From contig CAXHJY010000270.1 of the NCBI GenBank assembly GCA_964016885.1, positions 64,317-128,316 on the forward strand: DNA of 64,000 nt. The letters run 5' to 3'. Source of the DNA: Eledone cirrhosa. Taxonomy: Eukaryota. The notes under the pieces were generated by a model. That model did not search any database. It was not told where the DNA came from and saw only the letters and a program-made list of their open reading frames with translations. This document shows, piece after piece, positions 40,010 through 54,699 of this stretch (within the stretch, counting starts at the first letter, position 1; every line of letters starts with the position of its first letter). Both the position numbers and the translations under genes were made by a program.

Positions 40010-40428
40010 GCCAGCCACACGAACCTGTAACAGATACTGAACAAACAATGCCTGTGCTTTGAAGGTTTTTTAAGTGGGGAAGGGCCTTGCACTCGACCAA
40101 TCCCACTCTTAAGCATCGAAAATACTACCCAAAGAGAAGAACTTGTCAACATCATCGGATGCTTCCGAAGCCGCAGGTTGTTTTGTTTTTCTTCAGTGTT
40201 TCCCTCTCCTAGAAAGGTGTTGTGACAACAACTGGGGGCCTTTCACTCCTGGTAAGACCCCCATCCACCCTTTGCCGGGTCTTGTATTTCATCCAGCAGG
40301 GTGTGCAAACATCACCCTCCTCACCAAGCTTGCTTGGTGGGGTTTCCGGTTTCGTCGACAACGCACCGACAATGAGACAGGTTGTACTGGGTTACATGTT
40401 ACCAGGAGCACCCGAGAGCGACCTGACA
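40010..40428 (-). mobile_element. Diverged relative of the ~610 bp element (5' two-thirds)
   Basis: The reverse complement starts tgtcaggtc...ctggtaacatgtaacccagtacaacctgtctcat and shares ctaggagagggaaaac, gatgatgttgac and gcacaggcattg. Confidence 0.7.
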
Positions 40429-40740
40429 CACACATACATACATACATACGTACATACGCGCATGTATAATTATGTTCATACATTCGTACACACGTACATA
40501 CACAGAGATATTATTTTATTTCTCATTCTATCTACTGATGAAGTCGCTTTTCCTAATGTTTTCTTAGTATTGTTTCGAGAGCAAATTCCAGACTACAATT
40601 TGCTGTCTATCGGCAAGAACTCAGCCGTCGGCCTTGACTCTCTACTATTCCAGGTATCGATTACGTTGTTGAATAATGGTGATACTAGATTAAAGTTGAT
40701 ACAATCCTTATTCACATTTATTATTATTACTATATATTAT

Positions 40741-41818
40741 GATCTGAGCTCAAATCCCGCCGAGGTTAACTTTGCCTTTCATCCTTACGGAGTCGATAAA
40801 ATAAAGTACCAGTAATGCACTGGGTAATTGCTGGCCTTGTGCCTAAAGTAGAAACAATTATTATTACTATATATTAAGGGCGGTGAATTGGCAGTATCGG
40901 TAGAGGGTCGGACTCCATGCTTTCCAGCATAGTTACGTCCCTTTACGATCTGAGTTCAAATCCCGCCGAGGTTGACTTTGCCTTTCATCCTTACGGGGTC
41001 GATAAAATAAAGTTCCAGTAATGAACTGGGATAATTGCTGGCCTTGTGCCAAAAGTAGAAACAATTATTATTACTATATATTATGATCTGAGCTCAAATC
41101 CCGCCGAGCTTAACTTTGCCTTTCATCCTTATAGGGTCGATAAAATAAAGTTCCAGTCACGCACTGGGGTCGATTTAATCGACTTTTCCCTCCCCCAAAT
41201 TACTGGCCTTGTGCCTATATAAGAAACCATTATTATTACTGTATATAAGGGCGGTGAATTGGCAGTATCGGTAGAGGGTCGGACTCCATGCTTTCCAGCA
41301 TAGTTACGTCCCTTTACGATCTGAGTTCAAATCCCGCCGAGGTTGACTTTGCCTTTCATCCTTACGGGGTCGATAAAATAAAGTACCAGTAATGCACTGG
41401 GATAATTGCTGGCCTTGTACCAAAAGTAGAAACAATTATTATTACTATATATTATGATCTGAGCTCAAATCCCGCCGAGGTTAACTTTGCCTTTCATCCT
41501 TATGGGGTCGATAAAATAAAGTTCCAGTCACGCACTGGGGGTCGATTTAATCGACTTTTCCCTCCCCAAAATTACTGGCCTTGTGCCTATATAAGAAACC
41601 ATTATTATTACTGTATATAAGGGCGGTGAATTGGCAGTATCGGTAGAGGGTTGGACACCAGGCTTTCTAGCATAGTTACGTCCCTTTACGGTCTGAGTTC
41701 AAATCCCGTCGAGGTTAACTTTGCCTTTCATCCTTACGGGGTCGATAAAATAAAGTACCAGTAATGCACTGTGATAATTGCTGGCCTTGTGCCAAAAGCA
41801 GAAACAATTATTATTACT
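40741..41818 (+). mobile_element. Tandem array of six family-2 SINE units (alternating headless and full, period about 370 bp)
   Basis: Full heads at about 40877, 41247 and 41619. Headless units at about 40741, 41085 and 41455. Confidence 0.85.
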
Positions 41819-42218
41819 ATATATATATATATAAAAACATGAAGCAGAGAAAAACACATAAGTATGTGTTTAATTATTTCTTTCTCTCCCGATTTATAAA
41901 GAGCTCGGAATTTGTTCCTTTAACTTTATTTATATAGGTTTATTGTGAGCGTTTAACTCGACATTTCGATTTGATATATAATTTATATAATATATATATA
42001 ATATATAAGTATATGATATATATGTATATTATATTATATATATGTATATTATATTATATATATGTATATTATATTATATATATGTATATTATATTATATA
42101 TATATATATGTATATTATATATATGTGTCAATTATATATAAAAATATATATATATATGAATTATATATAAATTATATGTTAAATATATATGAGTATATAT
42201 AAATATATATATATATAT

Positions 42219-42305
42219 AACGAAGGAAATGTGGTAAGGAACCAGATGGACCATAACGCACCAAAGTACTCAATACTTAGGGTAGTAGAGTGAGTAATAC
42301 TCGTT

Positions 42306-42310
<5 letters not shown>
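42219..42310 (-). mobile_element. Same mini-element lacking the palindrome
   Basis: The reverse complement is ataggaacgagta followed by ttactcactctact...ttcgtt, which are the two ends of 30147-30357. Confidence 0.75.
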
Positions 42311-42369
<59 letters not shown>

Positions 42370-42746
42370 AATTATATATATATTATACGTAAATTATATA
42401 TAAATACATATATATGTGAATTATATATATATTATATGTATATTATATGTAAATTATATATATGTATATTATATATATAAATTATATATATATATATACA
42501 TATATATATTATGTATGTATATTATATATATATATATTATATATATAAATTATATATATATATACATATATATTTATATAAATTATATATTTTATATATA
42601 TTTTATTATAAATATATTATATACATTTTTTATTATATGTATATATTATATTATATATTTTATTATAAATATATTATATACATATTTTATTATATGTATA
42701 TATTATGTATATATATTATACATATATATGTATATATTATATATGT

Positions 42747-42808
<62 letters not shown>

Positions 42809-43419
42809 TTTCATAAAATGACACACACTTTCATAAAATGACGCTGCAACCGAATCCGAGACCGCGTTTGCTTCTGTTAAAGCTACCCCCAACCATTCCA
42901 TAGATATTATTTAGATCCAAAGTGGACGACAATAGTAGTTGACAGTGTGAAATGTTTGTGAAGATAATATATAATGGGGGAGGGAAGGAGCAAAATATGT
43001 CGGGGAGTTGGCCTAGCAGGTGAAAGAAAAATATTATAGCTAAAAGTTTTAATAATGGCGATCGTAATTGGCACAAGTAATGGGAAAGACTATAAATTAT
43101 GTCCGTTCATCTTTATAGTTGAAATATAAACTCACTATAAATCAAGTGTTATTAATACAAACACACAGAATCTCTTCTCATAAATCAGACGAAATCAAAC
43201 AAAACCCTCTCAACTAAACTATAGAGAAAGAGAAAGTGAGAGAAAAAACAGCAAAACAACTGAATTACAATCATACAAATTGGCTCAAGCTATTATTAAT
43301 AATGGATAGAAGCCGGAAGTGGTGTATGAAGAGGAGGCTGGGAAGAGAAAGAAATATGAGATTTGCCATTTCTGTCAGAATATCTGAAATGAGGAATTTA
43401 TCATTAGAATGGAGACAAG

Positions 43420-46400
43420 CAATGGAACCGATGGTCAGATCGGACCGAGAAAACAATGCTTCCATTTGTTTTACCATTGCTGATACTGTCTATCAGTCAC
43501 AACACTTGACAAGGGGAAAGGAGCTGATCATGAGATCAGACCAAGGAAGCAATATTTCCAATGGTTTTCCATTACTGATACTGTCTGTCAGTCACAGCAC
43601 TTGGCCGAATAAAGGAGCTGATCGTCGGATAGAACCAAGGAAACAATGTTTCCATTGGTCTTTCATTACTGATACTGTCTGTCAGTCACAACACTTGACC
43701 GAAGAAAGGAGCTGATGGTAGGATAGAACCAAGGAAACAATGTTTCCACTGGTATTTCCATTAGTAATACTGTCTGTCAGTCACAACACTTGACCGAAGA
43801 AAGGAGCTGATGGTAGGATAGGACCAAGGAGACAATGTTTCCACTGGTATTTCCATTACTGATACTGTCTGTCAGTCACAACACTTGACCGAAGAAAGGA
43901 GCTGATGGTAGGATAGGACCAAGGAGACAATGTTTCCATTGGTATTTCCATTAGTGATACTGTCTGTCAGTCACAACACTTGACCGAAGAAAGGAGCTGA
44001 TGGTAGGATAGAACCAAGGAGACAATGTTTCCACTGGTATTTCCATTAGTGATACTGTCTGTCAGTCACAACACTTGACCGAAGAAAGGAGCTGATGGTA
44101 GGATAGGACCAAGGAAGCAAGTTTCCACTGGTATTTCCATTAGTGATACTGTCTGTCAGTCACAACACTTGACCGAAGAAAGGAGCTGATCGTAGGATAG
44201 GACCAAGGAGACAATGTTTCCACTGGTATTTCCATTGCTGATACTGTCTGTCAGTCACAACACTTGACCGAAGAAAGGAGCTGATGGTAGGATAGAACCA
44301 AGGAGACAATGTTTCCACTGGTATTTCCATTAGTGATACTGTCTGTCAGTCACAACACTTGACCGAAGAAAGGAGCTGATGGTAGGATAGGACCAAGGAA
44401 GCAAGTTTCCACTGGTATTTCCATTACTGATACTGTCTGTCAGTCACAACACTTGACCGAAGAAAGGAGCTGATCGTAGGATAGGACCAAGGAGACAATG
44501 TTTCCACTGTTATTTCCATTACTGATACTGTCTGTCAGTCACAACACTTGACCGAAGAAAGGAGCTGATGGTAGGATAGGACAAAGGAGACAATGTTTCC
44601 ACTGTTATTTCCATTAGTAATACTGTCTGTCAGTCACAACACTTGACCGAAGAAAGGAGCTGATCGTAGGATAGGACCAAGGAGACAATGTTTCCATTGG
44701 TATTTCATTGCTGATACTGGCTGTCAGTCACAACACTTGACCGAAGAAAGGAGCTGATGGTAGGATAGGACCAAGGAGACAATGTTTCCATTGGTATTTC
44801 ATTGCTGATACTGGCTGTCAGTCACAACACTTGACCGAAGAAAGGAGCTGATGGTAGGATAGGACCAAGGAGACAATGTTTCCACTGGTATTTCATTGCT
44901 GATACTGGCTGTCAGTCACAACACTTGACCGAAGAAAGGAGCTGGTGGTAGGATAGGACCAAGGAGACAATGTTTCCACTGGTATTTCCATTACTGATAC
45001 TGTCTGTCAGTCACAACACTTGACCGAAGAAAGGAGCTGATGGTAGGATAGGACCAAGGAAACAATGATCCCACTGTTATTTCCATTAGTGATACTGTCT
45101 GTCAGTCACAACACTTGACCGAAGAAAGGAGCTGATGGTAGGATAGGACCAAGGAGACAATGTTTCCACTGGAATTTCCATTAGTGATACTGTCTGTCAG
45201 TCACAACACTTGACCGAAGAAAGGAGCTGATGGTAGGATAGGACCAAGGAGACAATGTTTCCACTGGTATTTCATTGCTGATACTGGCTGTCAGTCACAA
45301 CACTTGACCGAAGAAAGGAGCTGATGGTAGGATAGGACCAAGGAGACAATGTTTCCACTGTTATTTCCATTAGTGATACTGTCTGTCAGTCACAACACTT
45401 GACCGAAGAAAGGAGCTGATGGTAGGATAGGACCAAGGAGACAATGTTTCCACTGGTATTTCCATTAGTGATACTGTCTGTCAGTCACAACACTTGACCG
45501 AAGAAAGGAGCTGATGGTAGGATAGGACCAAGGAAACAATGTTTCCACTGGTATTTCATTGCTGATACTGGCTGTCAGTCACAACACTTGACCGAAGAAA
45601 GGAGCTGATGGTAGGATAGGACCAAGGAGACAATGTTTCCACTGGTATTTCATTGCTGATACTGGCTGTCAGTCACAACACTTGACCGAAGAAAGGAGCT
45701 GATGGTAGGATAGGACCAAGGAGACAATGTTTCCACTGTTATTTCCATTAGTGATACTGTCTGTCAGTCACAACACTTGACCGAAGAAAGGAGCTGATGG
45801 TAGGATAGGACCAAGGAGACAATGTTTCCACTGGTATTTCCATTAGTGATACTGTCTGTCAGTCACAACACTTGACCGAAGAAAGGAGCTGGTGGTAGGA
45901 TAGGACCAAGGAAACAATGTTTCCACTGGTATTTCCATTACTGATACTGTCTGTCAGTCACAACACTTGACCGAAGAAAGGAGCTGATGGTAGGATAGGA
46001 CCAAGGAAACAATGATCCCACTGTTATTTCCATTAGTGATACTGTCTGTCAGTCACAACACTTGACCGAAGAAAGGAGCTGATGGTAGGATAGGACCAAG
46101 GAGACAATGTTTCCACTGGTATTTCCATTAGTAATACTGTCTGTCAGTCACAACACTTGACCGAAGAAAGGAGCTGATCGTAGGATAGAACCAAGGAGAC
46201 AATGTTTCCACTGGTATTTCCATTAGTAATACTGTCTGTCAGTCACAACACTTGACCGAAGAAAGGAGCTGATGGTAGGATAGGACCAAGGAGACAATGT
46301 TTCCACTGGTATTTCCATTACTGATACTGTCTGTCAGTCACAACACTTGACCGAAGAAAGGAGCTGATGGTAGGATAGGACCAAGGAGACAATGTTTCCA

Positions 46401-49400
46401 CTGGTATTTCCATTAGTAATACTGTCTGTCAGTCACAACACTTGACCGAAGAAAGGAGCTGATGGTAGGATAGGACCAAGGAGACAATGTTTCCACTGGT
46501 ATTTCCATTAGTGATACTGTCTGTCAGTCACAACACTTGACCGAAGAAAGGAGCTGATGGTAGGATAGAACCAAGGAGACAATGTTTCCACTGGTATTTC
46601 CATTAGTAATACTGTCTGTCAGTCACAACACTTGACCGAAGAAAGGAGCTGATGGTAGGATAGGACCAAGGAGACAATGTTTCCACTGGTATTTCCATTA
46701 GTAATACTGTCTGTCAGTCACAACACTTGACCGAAGAAAGGAGCTGATGGTAGGATAGGACCAAGGAGACAATGTTTCCACTGGTATTTCCATTAGTAAT
46801 ACTGTCTGTCAGTCACAACACTTGACCGAAGAAAGGAGCTGATGGTAGGATAGGACCAAGGAGACAATGTTTCCACTGGTATTTCCATTAGTGATACTGT
46901 CTGTCAGTCACAACACTTGACCGAAGAAAGGAGCTGATGGTAGGATAGAACCAAGGAAACAATGATCCCACTGGTATTTCCATTACTGATACTGTCTGTC
47001 AGTCACAACACTTGACCGAAGAAAGGAGCTGGTGGTAGGATAGGACCAAGGAGACAATGTTTCCACTGGTATTTCCATTAGTGATACTGTCTGTCAGTCA
47101 CAACACTTGACCGAAGAAAGGAGCTGATGGTAGGATAGAACCAAGGAAACAATGATCCCACTGGTATTTCCATTACTGATACTGTCTGTCAGTCACAACA
47201 CTTGACCGAAGAAAGGAGCTGGTGGTAGGATAGGACCAAGGAGACAATGTTTCCACTGGTATTTCCATTAGTGATACTGTCTGTCAGTCACAACACTTGA
47301 CCGAAGAAAGGAGCTGATGGTAGGATAGGACCAAGGAGACAATGTTTCCACTGGTATTTCCATTAGTAATACTGTCTGTCAGTCACAACACTTGACCGAA
47401 GAAAGGAGCTGATGGTAGGATAGGACCAAGGAGACAATGTTTCCACTGGTATTTCCATTAGTAATACTGTCTGTCAGTCACAACACTTGACCGAAGAAAG
47501 GAGCTGATGGTAGGATAGGACCAAGGAGACAATGTTTCCACTGGTATTTCCATTAGTAATACTGTCTGTCAGTCACAACACTTGACCGAAGAAAGGAGCT
47601 GATGGTAGGATAGGACCAAGGAAACAATGATCCCACTGTTATTTCCATTAGTGATACTGTCTGTCAGTCACAACACTTGACCGAAGAAAGGAGCTGATGG
47701 TAGGATAGGACCAAGGAGACAATGTTTCCACTGGTATTTCCATTAGTAATACTGTCTGTCAGTCACAACACTTGACCGAAGAAAGGAGCTGATGGTAGGA
47801 TAGGACCAAGGAGACAATGTTTCCACTGGTATTTCCATTAGTAATACTGTCTGTCAGTCACAACACTTGACCGAAGAAAGGAGCTGATGGTAGGATAGGA
47901 CCAAGGAGACAATGTTTCCACTGGTATTTCCATTAGTAATACTGTCTGTCAGTCACAACACTTGACCGAAGAAAGGAGCTGATGGTAGGATAGGACCAAG
48001 GAGACAATGTTTCCACTGGTATTTCCATTACTGATACTGTCTGTCAGTCACAACACTTGACCGAAGAAAGGAGCTGATGGTAGGATAGGACCAAGGAGAC
48101 AATGTTTCCACTGGTATTTCCATTAGTGATACTGTCTGTCAGTCACAACACTTGACCGAAGAAAGGAGCTGATGGTAGGATAGGACCAAGGAAACAATGA
48201 TCCCACTGTTATTTCCATTACTGATACTGTCTGTCAGTCACAACACTTGACCGAAGAAAGGAGCTGGTGGTAGGATAGGACCAAGGAAACAATGATCCCA
48301 CTGTTATTTCCATTACTGATACTGTCTGTCAGTCACAACACTTGACCGAAGAAAGGAGCTGATGGTAGGATAGGACCAAGGAAACAATGATCCCACTGTT
48401 ATTTCCATTACTGATACTGTCTGTCAGTCACAACACTTGACCGAAGAAAGGAGCTGATGGTAGGATAGGACCAAGGAAGCAATGTTTCCACTGTTATTTC
48501 CATTAGTGATACTGTCTGTCAGTCACAACACTTGACCGAAGAAAGGAGCTGATGGTAGGATAGGACCAAGGAAACAATGATCCCACTGTTATTTCCATTA
48601 CTGATACTGTCTGTCAGTCACAACACTTGACCGAAGAAAGGAGCTGATGGTAGGATAGGACCAAGGAAGCAATGTTTCCACTGTTATTTCCATTAGTGAT
48701 ACTGTCTGTCAGTCACAACACTTGACCGAAGAAAGGAGCTGGTGGTAGGATAGGACCAAGGAAACAATGATCCCACTGTTATTTCCATTAGTGATACTGT
48801 CTGTCAGTCACAACACTTGACCGAAGAAAGGAGCTGATGGTAGGATAGGACCAAGGAAGCAATGTTTCCACTGTTATTTCCATTAGTGATACTGTCTGTC
48901 AGTCACAACACTTGACCGAAGAAAGGAGCTGGTGGTAGGATAGGACCAAGGAAACAATGATCCCACTGTTATTTCCATTAGTGATACTGTCTGTCAGTCA
49001 CAACACTTGACCGAAGAAAGGAGCTGATGGTAGGATAGGACCAAGGAAGCAATGTTTCCACTGTTATTTCCATTAGTGATACTGTCTGTCAGTCACAACA
49101 CTTGACCGAAGAAAGGAGCTGGTGGTAGGATAGGACCAAGGAAACAATGATCCCACTGGTATTTCCATTAGTGATACTGTCTGTCAGTCACAACACTTGA
49201 CCGAAGAAAGGAGCTGATGGTAGGATAGGACCAAGGAAACAATGATCCCACTGTTATTTCCATTACTGATACTGTCTGTCAGTCACAACACTTGACCGAA
49301 GAAAGGAGCTGATGGTAGGATAGGACCAAGGAAACAATGATCCCACTGTTATTTCCATTAGTGATACTGTCTGTCAGTCACAACACTTGACCGAAGAAAG

Positions 49401-52200
49401 GAGCTGATGGTAGGATAGGACCAAGGAAACAATGATCCCACTGTTATTTCCATTAGTGATACTGTCTGTCAGTCACAACACTTGACCGAAGAAAGGAGCT
49501 GATGGTAAGATAGGACCAAGGAGACAATGTTTCCACTGGTATTTCCATTAGTGATACTGTCTGTCAGTCACAACACTTGACCGAAGAAAGGAGCTGATGG
49601 TAGGATAGGACCAAGGAGACAATGTTTCCACTGGTATTTCCATTACTGATACTGTCTGTCAGTCACAACACTTGACCGAAGAAAGGAGCTGATGGTAGGA
49701 TAGGACCAAGGAGACAATGTTTCCACTGGTATTTCCATTAGTGATACTGTCTGTCAGTCACAACACTTGACCGAAGAAAGGAGCTGATCGTAGGATAGGA
49801 CCAAGGAAACAATGATCCCACTGTTATTTCCATTAGTAATACTGTCTGTCAGTCACAACACTTGACCGAAGAAAGGAGCTGATGGTAGGATAGGACCAAG
49901 GAAACAATGATCCCACTGTTATTTCCATTAGTGATACTGTCTGTCAGTCACAACACTTGACCGAAGAAAGGAGCTGATCGTAGGATAGGACAAAGGAAAC
50001 AATGATCCCACTGGTATTTCCATTACTGATACTGTCTGTCAGTCACAACACTTGACCGAAGAAAGGAGCTGATGGTAGGATAGAACCAAGGAGACAATGT
50101 TTCCACTGGTATTTCCATTAGTGATACTGTCTGTCAGTCACAACACTTGACCGAAGAAAGGAGCTGATCGTAGGATAGGACCAAGGAGACAATGTTTCCA
50201 TTGGTCTTTCATTGCTGATACTGTCTGTCAGTCACAACACTTGACCGAAGAAAGGAGCTGATCGTAGGATAGAACCAAGGAGACAATGTTTCCACTGGTA
50301 TTTCCATTAGTAATACTGTCTGTCAGTCACAACACTTGACCGAAGAAAGGAGCTGATCGTAGGATAGGACAAAGGAAACAATGATCCCACTGGTATTTCC
50401 ATTAGTGATACTCAGTCACAACACTTGACCGAAGAAAGGAGCTGATCGTAGGATAGGACAAAGGAAACAATGATCCCACTGGTATTTCCATTACTGATAC
50501 TGTCTGTCAGTCACAACACTTGACCGAAGAAAGGAGCTGGTGGTAGGATAGGACCAAGGAAACAATGATCCCACTGGTATTTCCATTAGTGATACTGTCT
50601 GTCAGTCACAACACTTGACCGAAGAAAGGAGCTGATGGTAGGATAGGACCAAGGAGACAATGTTTCCATTGGTATTTCCATTACTGATACTGTCTGTCAG
50701 TCACAACACTTGACCGAAGAAAGGAGCTGGTGGTAGGATAGGACCAAGGAAACAATGATCCCACTGGTATTTCCATTAGTGATACTGTCTGTCAGTCACA
50801 ACACTTGACCGAAGAAAGGAGCTGATGGTAGGATAGGACCAAGGAGACAATGTTTCCACTGCTATTTCCATTACTGATACTGTCTGTCAGTCACAACACT
50901 TGACCGAAGAAAGGAGCTGGTGGTAGGATAGGACCAAGGAGACAATGTTTCCACTGGTATTTCCATTAGTAATACTGTCTGTCAGTCACAGCACTTGACC
51001 GAAGAAAGGAGCTGATCGTAGGATAGAACCAAGGAGACAATGTTTCCACTGGTATTTCCATTAGTAATACTGTCTGTCAGTCACAACACTTGACCGAAGA
51101 AAGGAGCTGATGGTAGGATAGGACCAAGGAGACAATGTTTCCACTGCTATTTCCATTAGTAATACTGTCTGTCAGTCACAGCACTTGACCGAAGAAAGGA
51201 GCTGATCGTAGGATAGAACCAAGGAGACAATGTTTCCACTGGTATTTCCATTAGTAATACTGTCTGTCAGTCACAGCACTTGACCGAAGAAAGGAGCTGA
51301 TCGTAGGATAGGACAAAGGAAACAATGTTTCCACTGGTATTTCCATTAGTAATACTGTCTGTCAGTCACAACACTTGACCGAAGAAAGGAGCTGATGGTA
51401 GGATAGGACCAAGGAGACAATGTTTCCACTGGAATTTCCATTAGTGATACTGTCTGTCAGTCACAACACTTGACCGAAGAAAGGAGCTGATGGTAGGATA
51501 GGACCAAGGAGACAATGTTTCCACTGGTATTTCCATTAGTAATACTGTCTGTCAGTCACAACACTTGACCGAAGAAAGGAGCTGATGGTAGGATAGGACC
51601 AAGGAGACAATGTTTCCACTGGTATTTCCATTAGTAATACTGTCTGTCAGTCACAACACTTGACCGAAGAAAGGAGCTGATGGTAGGATAGGACCAAGGA
51701 AGCAATGTTTCCACTGGTATTTCCATTACTGATACTGTCTGTCAGTCACAACACTTGACCGAAGAAAGGAGCTGATGGTAGGATAGGACCAAGGAAGCAA
51801 TGTTTCCACTGGTATTTCCATTAGTAATACTGTCTGTCAGTCACAACACTTGACCGAAGAAAGGAGCTGATCGTCGGATAGGACCAAGGAGACAATGTTT
51901 CCATTGGTATTTCCATTACTGATACTGTCTGTCAGTCACAGCACTTGACCGAAGAAAGGAGCTGATGGTAGGATAGGACCAAGGAAACAATGTTTCCATT
52001 GGTATTTCCATTACTGATACTGTCTGTCAGTCACAGCACTTGACCGAAGAAAGGAGCTGATGGTAGGATAGGACCAAGGAGACAATGTTTCCATTGGTCT
52101 TTCATTGCTGATACTGGCTGTCAGTCACAGCACTTGACCGAAGAAAGGAGCTGATGGTAGGATAGGACCAAGGAAACCATGTTTATATTAGTCTTTTCAA
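43420..52200. repeat. 95 bp satellite array, about 92 copies
   Basis: Unit GAAAGGAGCTGATGGTAGGATAGGACCAAGGAGACAATGTTTCCACTGGTATTTCCATTAGTGATACTGTCTGTCAGTCACAACACTTGACCGAA. Period measured from 46261 to 46356; edge copies are diverged. Confidence 0.97.
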
Positions 52201-52796
52201 TCCTTATACTGTGTGCCGGGCACAACTAATAGGGGAAGGAGCAGCGTGGAATAAAGTGTTTGACTAAAAATGAACCACAACGCACCGTTCAGTCCCGTGA
52301 TCTAATCTACGACCTTATTGTGAGTGCAACGACCTAAATATTAGATCACGTGTCGTCAGTATTAGAATATAAACATTGATTTACTTACAGTAGTGTCCTC
52401 ACTCTTGGCTGTTATTACTGTAACATTTTAATTGGACCCACTGGTCATCTGATATCTATTGTAATTCAGCAACGTTCGTGGCGCATCCTTTGGTCGTTCT
52501 ACCCATTAGTTATCCTTAGGTAGCTATCATGATTCAGTAAATTTCAGGACGCAATATTTCCGTCGTTCTGCCCATTGGCCATCCTCTGGGGGTGTATATA
52601 TCGTATTCCTTAAGTTTCTCGTTACAAAATTTCCGTTGGTCCTTCCAGTGAATTTCTTTCGTGAAATATCGCATTCTATAATGTTTTCCAACCATGGGAG
52701 TAGATTGTATTGATTTCGTTATCAATTTCGCTACCCAACTCATGTAAATCACATTATAGACGAGAGTACAATTACCACTGTCTACATAACTCGAAT

Positions 52797-52955
52797 AGGG
52801 GGCGAATTGGTAGAGTCGTTAAGACGTCGGATAGAATGCTTTACGGTATTGGTCCCATTTCATTGCGCGCTGTGTTCAATCCCGCCGGGGTCAACTTTGC
52901 ATTTCATTATTTCGAGGTAGATAAAAAAAGTACCAGTACAGTACTGGGGTCAATT
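52797..52955 (+). mobile_element. Family-2 SINE
   Basis: GGCGAATTGGTAGAGTCGTTA...GTTCAATCCCGCCGGGGTCAACTTTGC...AAGTACCAG. Confidence 0.7.
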
Positions 52956-53375
52956 GTTCCTCTAGAGAAATAATCGGCTGTTTACAGACCTAGAGAGGGC
53001 TGGGCGCCACCAGGTTTAAAAAATTGCCCTAGACACGCCGTTTGACGGTAGCTTTACGACTCTACAAGGAGTTGTGGAATTTTATTCTTTTATCCTATAT
53101 CTTTCTCGACTCCTGTTCTTCTCCAGAAGAAACCTGCCGTGTTCAGACACGGAAAGGTTGGGACTCCACCAGATTTTAAACGCCCAAGAAACCCTGTACT
53201 CCATTATGGGGCCTTTACGACTTCATCAAGATTTACGGTACCATACCAAATCATATATAACTTAAACATGACACCGCAACGCAGAATATTCTAACACACG
53301 TTACATATGTTCTGCTCCATCAACGAAACAACACGATACAAGCGGAATCAACGAACAAACCAATACATCGACTCC

Positions 53376-53950
53376 GTAGGGTTGACAAGCAAAGCTAACC
53401 TCGACAGGATTTGGACTCAGAACCTAAAGGCGATTTAGATACAAAGTCAACCATTTTGGGTGAGAGGAAATTCGATTAAATCGACCCAATCCGTTATTGG
53501 TAATTTATTGTATTGTCCCTGTAAGGATGAAAGGCAAAGCAAACCTTTGCGGGATTTGAACTCGGAACGTAAAGGCACGTAACTACATCCCACAAAGCAT
53601 GTCGTCCGACGCTCTACCAATTTCTGCCTAGCCAACGCCCTGTGAAAACATAATAATGATTTCTACTTTAGGAACAAGGCCGGCAATTAGGAGGGAGAGG
53701 AAAGTAACAACAACAACGTTAGCACAAATGACTGTTTATATTTTTGGCACAAGGCCAGCAATTTAAAGGTAAAGGCAAAGTCGAATATATCGACCCAGTG
53801 TATTACTGGTGCTTTATTTTATCGACCTCGTAAGGATGAAAGGCAAGGCCAACCTTGGCAGGATTTGAACTCAGAATGTAAAGGGGCATAACTCTATGCC
53901 GCGAAGCAGGGAGTCTGACGCTCTACCGATTACTACCAATCCACCGCCCT
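53376..53950 (-). mobile_element. Cluster of family-2 SINE copies
   Basis: AAGGATGAAAGGCAA...GGATTTGAACTC blocks occur near 53520 and 53830, with a degenerate block near 53380. Confidence 0.75.
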
Positions 53951-54199
53951 TATAATAATAATAATAATAATAATAATGTGGTGAAAAAGAAGTAGAGGAA
54001 GAAGAAGAGGAGGATGAAGTTGAAGAATTAATGAAGAGACGTAATTTAAGAAGAGGAAGAAGAAAAATTACTGGAGAAAGAAGAAAAAGAAAGTAAGAAA
54101 CAAAGAGTGGTGGAATTAAATGAGGAAGAAGAAACATAATTGGAATAAGAAGGAGATGAAGAAGATGAATTAAAGTGAGATGAAAAAAGGGATTAAAGA

Positions 54200-54615
54200 A
54201 AAGGAAAGGAGAATTAAAAGAAGAAAGGTAAAAAGAAGAATTAAAAGAAGAAAAGGTAAAAAGGAGAATTAAAAGAAGAAAAGGTAAAAAGAAGGAGAAT
54301 TAAAAGAAGAAAATGTAAAAAGGAGAATTAAAAGAAGAAAGGTAAAAAGGAGAATTAAAAGAAGAAAAGGTAAAAAGAAGATTAAAAGAAGAAAAGGAAA
54401 GAAGGAGAATTAAAAGAAGAAAAGGTAAAAAGAAGGAGAATTAAAAGAAGAAAAGGTAAAAAGAAGATTAAAAGAAGAAAAGGAAAAAAGAAGGAGAATG
54501 AAAAGAAGAAAAGGTAAAAAGAAGGAGAATTAAAAGAAGAAGAGGTAAAAAGAAGATTAAAAGTAGAAAAGGAAAAAAGAAGGAGAATGAAAAGAAGAAA
54601 AGGTAAAAAGAAGAT
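54200..54615. repeat. Purine-rich ~24-31 bp minisatellite
   Basis: Variants of GGAGAATTAAAAGAAGAAAAGGTAAAAA. Confidence 0.85.
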
Positions 54616-54699
54616 TTAACGGAGGTGAATTGAAATTAATAAATCGCCATCAAATCCACCATATTTAGTTATATGATACAAGTTTTTAATAATTTCACT

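Noticed and set aside
43420-52200. CRISPR-like regular array or tandem hammerhead satellite
   Set aside because: There are no unique spacers, the context is eukaryotic with no cas genes, and the unit has CTGATGG rather than CTGANGA with no matching stems. The 95 bp period also breaks reading frame.
52534-52752. 72 aa minus-strand ORF as a small gene
   Set aside because: No recognisable family. The end loosely resembles a decayed RTE C-terminus, and there is no clear gene structure.
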